Source: an uncultured Chlamydiae bacterium
Lineage (GTDB): Bacteria > Chlamydiota > Chlamydiia > Chlamydiales > JAJFMA01
Assembly (NCBI GenBank): GCA_963713615.1
Contig: CAVQMM010000001.1
Coordinates: 3,776,001 to 3,840,000 of the forward strand
Length of the DNA: 64,000 nt
Reading direction: 5' to 3'
A model generated the notes under the pieces. The model saw nothing but the letters and a program-made list of their open reading frames with translations, did not search any database and had not been told where the DNA came from. Below are positions 48,719-56,804 of the stretch, piece by piece. Position 1 is the stretch's first letter; the number at the start of each line of letters is the position of its first letter. A program made the translations under genes and the position numbers.

Positions 48719-50806
48719 ATGAAACGCTTTTTCTCAAGTGTTTTTAAATGTCTTTCCTTACTCTCGCTGTCGCTCACCCTACACGTAGGTGCTGTACCGG
48801 CTGCAACGTTAACATCTCCTCTTGTACGACTCTCGGGGAATGTTCCAAACATGGCATCGATCCATGCACATTTCTTAGAAAAGCTTGATGCCAGTACAAA
48901 TGTTCCTGTGACTTTCGTTTTGCCGCTGCGCAACCAGCAGGAACTGGAAGAACTATTACAACGTATTCATGATCCTGCCGATCAGGAACATTACGGTAGG
49001 TATCTTACCTCTGAAGAGTTTATCGAGCGGTTTTCTCCCACTCAGGAAGATTATGATAAAGTTATTGCTTATGCAAAAACAGTAGGCTTGACTGTTCGCA
49101 ACGCACACTCTAATCGCACGCTACTGAATGTTGTAGGGCGAGCACGATCCATTGAAGGGGCTTTTAATCTCCGCCTTAGCAAGTATGAGACGCCTCAAGG
49201 TCGGAAATTTTATGCTCCCAATAACAACCCTGAAGTGCCAGCGGCCATTGCCTCCATCATTAGTGGAGTCGTGGGGTTGGATAACCTTGCAGTATGGCGT
49301 CCGTTTAACCAACGAAAACAGATACCAGCAGAGCTGGAGTTGGATGCAACACCCAACACATCCCCTTCGGGTCCTGGAGGAGGCTATTCTCCTGCTGATA
49401 TCGTGACGGCTTATAACCTCACAGGGGTATCAGCTAATGGATCTGGTCAGGTCATTGCTCTGTTTGAGCTTGCGGGATATCAAGTCAGCGACATCAATAC
49501 ATATACGACCCAGTTTGGTTTACCTGCCGCTAAGTTGCAGAATATTTTAGTTGATGGTGGTTCCAGCAGTGGTATTGATGGCGAAGTCACTCTTGACATC
49601 GAGCTTGCACTTGCGTTAGCACCAGAAAGTCAGATTTACGTCTACGAAGGCCCTAATTCGAATCAAGGCGTTTTGGATACATACAATCGGATTGCTACAG
49701 ACAACATTGCCAAGCAAGTGAGTACTTCCTGGGGAATGGCAGAAGATCTAGTGAGTTCTCAGTATTTTCAAGCTGAAAACGCTATTTTTCAACAGATGGC
49801 AGCACAGGGGCAGACCATTTATGCTGCTGCTGGCGATAGCGGAGCCTACGATGATCCAAACAAGACCACTCCTGTGGTCGATGATCCCGCTTCTCAGCCC
49901 TACGTTGTTGCTGTAGGGGGGACTAGCCTTACAGTAGATCCAAACACCGGAGCCTACCAAAGTGAAACGTGCTGGGATAATGGCGCGGGTAATGGAGCTG
50001 GCGGAGGTGGTGTCAGTGCCGTTTGGCCAATTCCTTCGTGGCAAGCAGGTTTATCTACTGCCTCTTCACAGACGAATCGAAACGTTCCCGATGTTTCGCT
50101 CAACGCGGATCCAAATACAGGCTATTCTATTTACTACGATGGTCAGTGGACGTTATTTGGAGGGACGAGTTGCGCGGCACCTCTTTGGGCTGCTTTTACT
50201 GCTCTTGTAAACCAAGAGAGAGTAGCCAGTCAAAAGGCGGTATTAGGCTTTGCTAATCCCATCATTTATTCGCTTGCTGCTGGACCTTCGTATGAAGTGG
50301 ATTTTAATGATGTGACAACGGGTAATAATTTATATTATTCCGCTCAGGTGGGTTATGATAATGCGACGGGATGGGGCTCTTTTAATGGTGCAAATTTGTA
50401 TGCAAGCCTAATAAATGCTGCACCAGTGTCTCAAACTTCTCAGCTTTCACCTCTTTTGAATATTGCCCTGACACACAGAGTCTCCTTTAACAAAGGACAA
50501 ATCGGTGCCTATTACATTGAAGTTTCTAATCACGGCAACGAGCCGGCCTCCGGGGTAGTAACCGTGGCGGTTACTCTTCCAAAAAGCCTTATATATCACT
50601 CATTCAGTGGTTTGGGATGGACTTTTAACAAAGCAACATTAACGTTTTCGCGCGATAGCACACTGACCCCCGGTTCAAGCTATCCACCGATAATATTGTA
50701 CGTGGATGTGAAGCATGGTGCGCCGAATTCGGTGACTACAAAAGCCGTCCTATCAGGCGGTGGGTCGGTTGCCAGCACGGTCACGAATTCAACTCCTATC
50801 AAGTAA
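48719..50806 (+). CDS. Secreted S53 (sedolisin/kumamolisin) peptidase with prodomain and a C-terminal Ig-like domain
   Basis: Signal peptide, YG.YLT.EEF.ERFSP prodomain, EVTLDIE, AAAGDSGA, RNVPDVS, GGTSCAAP, GYDNATGWGS. Confidence 0.93.
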   Translation: MKRFFSSVFKCLSLLSLSLTLHVGAVPAATLTSPLVRLSGNVPNMASIHAHFLEKLDASTNVPVTFVLPLRNQQELEELLQRIHDPADQEHYGRYLTSEEFIERFSPTQEDYDKVIAYAKTVGLTVRNAHSNRTLLNVVGRARSIEGAFNLRLSKYETPQGRKFYAPNNNPEVPAAIASIISGVVGLDNLAVWRPFNQRKQIPAELELDATPNTSPSGPGGGYSPADIVTAYNLTGVSANGSGQVIALFELAGYQVSDINTYTTQFGLPAAKLQNILVDGGSSSGIDGEVTLDIELALALAPESQIYVYEGPNSNQGVLDTYNRIATDNIAKQVSTSWGMAEDLVSSQYFQAENAIFQQMAAQGQTIYAAAGDSGAYDDPNKTTPVVDDPASQPYVVAVGGTSLTVDPNTGAYQSETCWDNGAGNGAGGGGVSAVWPIPSWQAGLSTASSQTNRNVPDVSLNADPNTGYSIYYDGQWTLFGGTSCAAPLWAAFTALVNQERVASQKAVLGFANPIIYSLAAGPSYEVDFNDVTTGNNLYYSAQVGYDNATGWGSFNGANLYASLINAAPVSQTSQLSPLLNIALTHRVSFNKGQIGAYYIEVSNHGNEPASGVVTVAVTLPKSLIYHSFSGLGWTFNKATLTFSRDSTLTPGSSYPPIILYVDVKHGAPNSVTTKAVLSGGGSVASTVTNSTPIK

Positions 50807-50816
50807 CAAATGGTTG

Positions 50817-50841
50817 TCCCGCGGTCAAAATGACCGCGGGA
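50817..50841. terminator. Hairpin after the S53 gene (possible terminator)
   Basis: Perfect stem tcccgcggtca-aaa-tgaccgcggga; no clear U tract. Confidence 0.45.
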
Positions 50842-51517
50842 TCTATACTATAGACCTGTTTTTCAAGTCTTTGCAGGTCTGGACTAGCCATAGTAGCATC
50901 ACTGCAGCCTTCCCACCGTCTTAAACATGCAGCGCGCGCTTTCATGCATCTTCTACATCTTCCTGCTGCACCAGTCACAATTTTTATCCCTAGGCTTATT
51001 CCCGTCCTAAACGACCGACTTGGATTGACTGAACAATGGGTAAAACATAGCATTATAAACAAACTGACGACATTTGTTAGCCAGAGTGTAAACTTCGACC
51101 CATGGGAATTAGTCGATGTAATTATCCTGGGGATTCTTCAGAGTGATTAACCTAAGAGTGTTAACTATTACCTGAAAAGTTCACGAACCTGCGCAGGATG
51201 GTGTGTAGAGTAGAAAAAGATCGGAGGAGGAAGGATTCGAACCTTCGTCACCAGTGCTGGTGAATCTGTTTTCGAGTCCGTGCTATTTCTACACTGTCCA
51301 ACACTGTACAAAACACAACAACAGAAAAATCAGTGAGTTACAAACTGCTCGATTGTTGCTCACGATTGCCACTTGCTGCTGCTTTTCGGCCAACATAGTG
51401 ACATGACAGAGACATCATGTCAACGCTTCAAAATCAAAGAAATGCTTCTTTGTCAAAATCGAGAATTGTGGGGATTTTTTATCATCGAGAAGAGGGACCA
51501 AACGAGAGGGCTCTGGA

Positions 51518-52108
51518 TCAGTCTAATGGAGTTTCGATTTTGCGTCTCAGGGTGTCAATCTTATCCTGAATGTTCTCGATGTGCTTTTGTAGGGATGTGC
51601 CATTGGGTTCAATATTCATCAAGCAATTTTGTAATTGCTTTTTTTGACGCTCTAAATCATCTATCCATTTAACACATAGCGTTCGGTCTTTTCGAAGCTG
51701 AATGCGTTGAGGGGCGTTGAGGCGAAGTCTATTAATGTTCCAAATCGCTGCTTTGGTCTTTGCCACCCATTCTGGATTAGTGCGATCATAGTGTTGGTCG
51801 AAATCATGGTTACAAGGATTTAGGATGAAGTGCTGAAGCAATCGCATGAGAGGAGTCGGCCAAAAGTCACTTTTGAAGATATTACATCTGCTACAAGAAT
51901 AAAATAGATTTAAATAGTTACTGCTTTCTGAGGGGAATCGTTTTTTTGGCTTGTAATGGTCGATATGGAACTTTCCACTACCGCCATCTTCCGCTTCATG
52001 AGTGTCACAATAAGCACATCGGTGGCTAAAATCGATTCTTAGAAATTGCTTGTAAGTTCGATAGTCAACGGAAAAGGGAGGTGATTGATTTCGCTTTTTT
52101 AAAGCCAT
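51518..52108 (-). CDS. HNH endonuclease with a C-terminal coiled coil
   Basis: LR.DF..RCAYC, FHIDHYKPK, YLNLFYSCSRCNIFKSD. Confidence 0.92.
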   Translation of the reverse strand: MALKKRNQSPPFSVDYRTYKQFLRIDFSHRCAYCDTHEAEDGGSGKFHIDHYKPKKRFPSESSNYLNLFYSCSRCNIFKSDFWPTPLMRLLQHFILNPCNHDFDQHYDRTNPEWVAKTKAAIWNINRLRLNAPQRIQLRKDRTLCVKWIDDLERQKKQLQNCLMNIEPNGTSLQKHIENIQDKIDTLRRKIETPLD

Positions 52109-52545
52109 TATCCAACAATATTCCTCCTAGAATTGTACTTTTGGATGAGCTCTTCATTGTCATTTATAAGGTTTTCTATAGCAGTGGCAGTTCTTTCCCG
52201 ATCATCCCTTTGAAGTGCAATTATCTGATATTCGATTTGATCAAGTTGCTTATCAATTACTTCGAGCTCTCTTTTTTTGCCAGGTCTTAGAAATAATAAT
52301 ATGGAATCCAATAATTTTGTTCTTTTTTCAATTAATTGCTGTTGAGTTTGATATAGTTCCTCAATCTTAACATGCGGGAGAGCTGGCAATGTTGTGGGGG
52401 TAAAATTGGATTCGAATGTTTGTGCCAAGTTTGGTCTTTCTGATCGTAAGTCAGCTTCTTCCCTATATAGATATCTCTGAGTGACAACGAGGTATTGTGC
52501 TTGCGGATATCGCTTAAAGGTGTCGATATTTTCAAATTCAATCAT
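52108..52545 (-). CDS. Hypothetical coiled-coil protein
   Basis: 145-aa ORF coupled to both neighbours (ATGA and TAATG overlaps). Confidence 0.8.
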   Translation of the reverse strand: MIEFENIDTFKRYPQAQYLVVTQRYLYREEADLRSERPNLAQTFESNFTPTTLPALPHVKIEELYQTQQQLIEKRTKLLDSILLFLRPGKKRELEVIDKQLDQIEYQIIALQRDDRERTATAIENLINDNEELIQKYNSRRNIVG

Positions 52546-53288
52546 GCTGGAGCTCCATCCAAAAGAACACGCATCTTTTCTTGTAGTATGCTTTCGAAAA
52601 TTTCCTTTAGCAAATCATGGCAAGCCAAGGTTTTTTCCAAAATATCCTTTGGATCTGTGATGATATTTTTTGTGATGAAAGAGTCAATATCTAAAATGAA
52701 TGCAACTCCATTCTCGTTAGGCTTAAGAGAATCGGATGCAAATCTAATTTTTGCAAAGATGTCATTAAATTCCTTTAGAAGCGTTATGTCAAATCCACTT
52801 GATCCAAAAAGCGAGTCTGGAAGAGCTAATCCAAGACGAAAGTAGTCCGTGATGGCTACGCTCTCGCTAGGAATTAGGAATCTGTTAATGCACCTAAATC
52901 CCACTTTTTTAGTTTCAAGAGGCTTTGCGCAGTCAAAATAACTACTCAATAGTAGATCAATAGATTGAGTGAATTTTTGCCAGCAAAGATACTTTGTGTC
53001 GTTAGCAGCGACAATTCCAGGTCCAATCTGCAAACAGCTGGTGCGTTCTTCATTCCACGCCTGCATCAAAGGTGCTTGAATCAGGGGTTGATCCTTAACC
53101 TGTGAAGATGTGGTCCCCACAGCAAACGTAATGACATTGAGATCGTTCTTCCTGGGGAATTTCTTGCGGATTTTATCAAAGAATTGGCCAGGTAGCGTAC
53201 TATCAAAGCTTTCCAGGGAGAATTTAGCTTCAAAGATAGCCTCTTGCAAAGGGGCGTTTTTATAATGGTATCTTTGGTATGTTCCCAT
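52542..53288 (-). CDS. TIGR04255-family protein
   Basis: YKNAPLQEAIFEAKF, LQIGPG......Y..W..F, KVGFRCINRF, FILDIDSF, H...KEIFESIL pattern recognised by eye. Confidence 0.8.
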   Translation of the reverse strand: MGTYQRYHYKNAPLQEAIFEAKFSLESFDSTLPGQFFDKIRKKFPRKNDLNVITFAVGTTSSQVKDQPLIQAPLMQAWNEERTSCLQIGPGIVAANDTKYLCWQKFTQSIDLLLSSYFDCAKPLETKKVGFRCINRFLIPSESVAITDYFRLGLALPDSLFGSSGFDITLLKEFNDIFAKIRFASDSLKPNENGVAFILDIDSFITKNIITDPKDILEKTLACHDLLKEIFESILQEKMRVLLDGAPA

Positions 53289-53502
53289 ATTGTCTAGCCC
53301 ATTACCCGCTTATTGCTCAGCATTGAACGTTCTGCTGCTTTTCGGTCACCATAGTGACATGAGAGTGGCGCGGATGTCAACCATCTAAAAACAACATTGA
53401 TACATTGGATAGCCAGGGCTTGCATATGAATCCATAATTCTATCACAGGACCGGCAAACATACAGCCATAGAAAGCATCTCAAGTGTAGAATAGAAAAAG
53501 AT

Positions 53503-53589
53503 CGGAAGAGGAAGGATTCGAACCTTCGTCACCATTGCTGGTGAATCTGTTTTCGAGACAGACGCATTCGGCCACTCTGCCACTCTTCC
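53503..53589 (-). tRNA. tRNA-Ser (anticodon CGA)
   Basis: GGAAGAG acceptor stem, anticodon arm TCTGT-CTCGAAA-ACAGA, long variable arm, GGTTCGAATCC; 87 nt, CCA not encoded. Confidence 0.95.
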
Positions 53590-53705
53590 AAGTGAAGCCG
53601 GAGTAACAGCATGCCATAGCCATCCCCAAGTTTCAAGTAATTCCGATCTCGACAAAAAAAGGGCATCGGCAGATCATTTGGAAGCCCAAACAAGCGAGGA
53701 TTGAC

Positions 53706-54272
53706 ATGAGTATTTGTGCTGACGAGTGGATTATTCAGATGGCAAAAGAGCATCAAATGATTGTGCCTTTCGAGGACAAGCAGGTGCGCTTCGTGGCCGA
53801 CAAACCCGTGATCTCTTACGGGGTCTCCTCATATGGCTATGATATTCGTGTGAGCAATCATTTCCGCATCTTTACCAATGTCCATGGAACTGTAGTAGAT
53901 CCCAAGGCTTTTGATCCAAAGGGCATGGTGGAAGTCGAAGCTGATATATGTCTTATTCCGCCAAACAGTTTTGCCTTAGCTCTCAGTGTGGAGACGTTTC
54001 GCATTCCCCGCAATGTTTTGACGATATGTGTCGGTAAATCTACTTATGCACGTTGTGGCATCATCGTTAATGTCACACCATTCGAACCAGGCTGGGAGGG
54101 GCAGGCGGTGTTGGAGATTTCCAATACCACCCCCCTACCAGCACGTGTTTATGCCGGTGAAGGCCTGGCCCAAGTGCTGTTCTTCGAAGCTAAAAACCCG
54201 TGCTTGACGTCCTATGCCGATCGTCAAGGCAAATACCAGAGCCAAAGTGGTATTACGCTGCCGACTCTTTGA
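53706..54272 (+). CDS. dcd: dCTP deaminase
   Basis: [46 protein letters not shown]. Confidence 0.97.
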   Translation: MSICADEWIIQMAKEHQMIVPFEDKQVRFVADKPVISYGVSSYGYDIRVSNHFRIFTNVHGTVVDPKAFDPKGMVEVEADICLIPPNSFALALSVETFRIPRNVLTICVGKSTYARCGIIVNVTPFEPGWEGQAVLEISNTTPLPARVYAGEGLAQVLFFEAKNPCLTSYADRQGKYQSQSGITLPTL

Positions 54273-54317
54273 GGTAATTGCAGAAGTCCTGTGAGATGGT
54301 CAGATGACTTTTAAAGC

Positions 54318-54603
54318 CCTCACAATCGTGTCTCGGCGCGCAGCGTTTTGGAGTGCGTGTCGCTCGCGACCGCTTTGGATTTGGGCGAGCCTATTGAATC
54401 GCGCACCGTTCTTTGGAGGCTTAAACCCCCACAGTTACCCCTAGAGCGAAAGGTTACGTTTCTTGCAATGCCTAGTTCACCCAAATCCAAAGCGGTCGCG
54501 AGCGACGCGCACTCCAAAGCGCTGCGCGCCTATTTACGAAGTTAGTTGCTTAAGTTGATGCCTATGGCTCCAAAGCGCTCCGCTCCGAGAGACTATTGTG
54601 AGG
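54318..54603. repeat. Family-C REPIN-like palindromic element, copy 1
   Basis: cctcacaat...ttggagtgcgtgtcgctcgcgaccgctttggatttggg...ccaaatccaaagcggtcgcgagcgacgcgcactccaaag...attgtgagg. Confidence 0.85.
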
Positions 54604-54675
54604 CCTCCTAAAACACCGGCAGCGATCTGATAGGAGATTGTCATGCCAGTTATACATCCAGGCTCTCACTCAATA

Positions 54676-55326
54676 TCATTCCGTCGTTACAGTATCTTCG
54701 TGAATCTGTCCTTTAAAGCGTCTGCTGGCTTGGAAATGCTCGATGACGGCGGGTCCTTGGTCTTTCATTAAATCAAAAATCAGGCAATAGGACGCCGGCA
54801 ATTCCGCTACATTGAGGTTTTTAGCTCGCTCAATGGCAATAGCGAGGTTTTTCTGGTCCCATTGATCTGGGAATTCCTTGTTAACCTGTACCCAACTTTC
54901 GACGAGTTCCCGCGCTTTGGGGGTTGCTCCAAAATACACTGTACCACTTAGGAGCTCCTTGAACCCTCTTTTTTTATTGTCGTAATGATGAACGGCGATG
55001 TCGCAGTTGAGCTCATCGAACAACGCTGGGTAACTCCTTATGACTGCGTCGGCGTCTACATAAACAACGGCTTTATCGGGATACTTTGAGAGCATATTTT
55101 GAACAAAAAGGGCCTTATATTGCGTGTTTTTTTGCCAAGAGCCTCGGTTTGGGACTCCCTGAATGTCGTGAGGTAAACCGAATTCCTCGAGGGAGGATTG
55201 AAGATGTTTGATTTCTTCTTCGTAAGGAGTCTGCACAGTATAATACGCGATATAGATAACGTCGCCAAAAATGGCATGCATGCTTATCAGCAAAGTAAAT
55301 ACTAAGGCAGTCGTAAGTTTCCGCAT
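54676..55326 (-). CDS. Secreted nucleotide-diphospho-sugar transferase (GT-A)
   Basis: Signal peptide, GSWQKNT.YKA.F, YVDADA (DxD), LLSGT.YF, WDQ..L, LPASYC.IFD, VIEHFQASR. Confidence 0.82.
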   Translation of the reverse strand: MRKLTTALVFTLLISMHAIFGDVIYIAYYTVQTPYEEEIKHLQSSLEEFGLPHDIQGVPNRGSWQKNTQYKALFVQNMLSKYPDKAVVYVDADAVIRSYPALFDELNCDIAVHHYDNKKRGFKELLSGTVYFGATPKARELVESWVQVNKEFPDQWDQKNLAIAIERAKNLNVAELPASYCLIFDLMKDQGPAVIEHFQASRRFKGQIHEDTVTTE

Positions 55327-55357
55327 GTTATCGGTCCCTAAGGATGTTGCGCAAAAT

Positions 55358-55588
55358 CCTCACAGTTGTGTCTCGGCGCGCAGCGCTTTGGAGTGCGTGT
55401 CGCTCGCGACCGCTTTGGATTTGGGCGAGCCTATTGAATCGCGCACCGTTCTACGGAGGCTGCACCCCCCCCACAGTTACCCCTAGAGAGAAGGGTTACG
55501 TTTCTTGCAATGCCAACTTCGCCCAAATCCAAAGCGGTAGCGAGCGACCGCACTCCAAAGCGCTGCGCGCCGAGTAGCAATTGCGAGG
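55358..55588. repeat. Family-C REPIN-like palindromic element, copy 2
   Basis: Highly similar to 54318-54530; nested inverted arms. Confidence 0.85.
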
Positions 55589-55626
55589 GCTCCATTTGCT
55601 GTTACCCTAAAATATCGCAGAAAGAT

Positions 55627-55713
55627 CGGAAGAGGAGGGATTCGAACCCCCGGACCCCGTAAGGGGCCTTCTGTTTTCAAGACAGACGCATTCGGCCACT
55701 CTGCCACTCTTCC
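55627..55713 (-). tRNA. tRNA-Ser (anticodon TGA)
   Basis: Anticodon arm TCTGT-CTTGAAA-ACAGA, variable arm GGCCCC-TTAC-GGGGTC, GGTTCGAATCC. Confidence 0.95.
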
Positions 55714-55889
55714 TTAGAATTTATAACTACTTTGCCATAAAAGGGTTTCTTAGTTCAAGGACGAATACCTTTTTTCCGAGGAACATGGCAGTAAATATAT
55801 TTATCAGTCATGTAAGGCTAGATATTTTTACTTGCTGTGATGGTTGGATTCGCATACACTTGTCGGGTTTTAATGAGAGGATATGTGTC

Positions 55890-56516
55890 ATGCTTAAACA
55901 TCTTTGTGTTTATTTCTATGTTGCTTCAGCTGTTCAGATGACCAGTGCCTTTGGTGCTAATGGTCCAGCGTTCAGTCAGCCGATGGTCTGTGATGGCCTA
56001 GAGCGTCTTAAGAGTTGCATGATGACGATGCAAACGGTGCCTGGAATTCGCAAGCTAATGGCGGAAATAGAGAAGGAGGGGCCGGTACACATCACTGTCG
56101 ATGATCGTCCTCTATCACAGCAGTTTGGCGCGTTCTGGGATGCCGAGCGTAGGGTGATCTGTGTGAATATTTCCTGGCATCGGTCGAATGGGGCTGTCAT
56201 TGGATCTATCCTTTTCGAAATGCACAATGCTCTGGCAGACGCTAAATTTAAAGAGCTCGACCAATTGGCGTCTATGGGGCAAATCGATAGGGAAACCTAT
56301 GTGAAAGAAATGGAACGTGTAGAGTTTGACAATTCGCATGCTGCGGCGGCATTGGCACAACAAGGGATTGACCAAGGTGCTTTTCCTAAAGATGCCCGCT
56401 TACCAACATATCCTTCGTTCGAAGAACACTATCGCATGCAGCAAATCGGTGGACATTGTTACTGGATAGCTCGCAATTATGACCAGGTCGCGCCAAGAGC
56501 CGTGCGACGAAGATAA
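55890..56516 (+). CDS. Hypothetical exported protein (ORF-track start 55785)
   Basis: Signal-like N-terminus after an SD gagagg; ILFEMHNA motif. Confidence 0.75.
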   Translation: MLKHLCVYFYVASAVQMTSAFGANGPAFSQPMVCDGLERLKSCMMTMQTVPGIRKLMAEIEKEGPVHITVDDRPLSQQFGAFWDAERRVICVNISWHRSNGAVIGSILFEMHNALADAKFKELDQLASMGQIDRETYVKEMERVEFDNSHAAAALAQQGIDQGAFPKDARLPTYPSFEEHYRMQQIGGHCYWIARNYDQVAPRAVRRR

Positions 56517-56804
56517 GCTAGTACCGGGGAAAGGATAGAAAGCGGTTGGCACTAGCGACAGCAATTTCCTATGTGGCGCAGTTATTCCATGTCTGACAAC
56601 TTCCGGTAGCTCTATTTCTAATCACACTATTTTAATTCTTCAGTCATCTTTATTTCAATAGTTAATTCAAATTACTCTTGTATTTCATTAAAATAGTAAA
56701 TTAATTTTTACAATTAAATTATTAGTTGCAATAATGAGTTTGTAGGGCCGTGGTGGTGGTGAAAGAAAGCAAAACTTGAATTGAACCTAATACATGGTTG
56801 GAAC

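Larger units (their letters stand above)
51203..53557 (-). mobile_element. Mini genomic island integrated in tRNA-Ser(CGA), without integrase
   Basis: 74-bp direct repeat at 51203-51276 and 53484-53557 (3 mismatches), running from the anticodon loop through the tRNA 3' end. Confidence 0.88.

Noticed and set aside
51222..51276. Third tRNA-Ser gene
   Set aside because: Only the 3' portion from the anticodon loop is present; it is the att duplication.
54320..55577. Mirror-image ORFs MEC.SLATALDLGE on both strands
   Set aside because: Artefacts of the palindromic family-C repeat.
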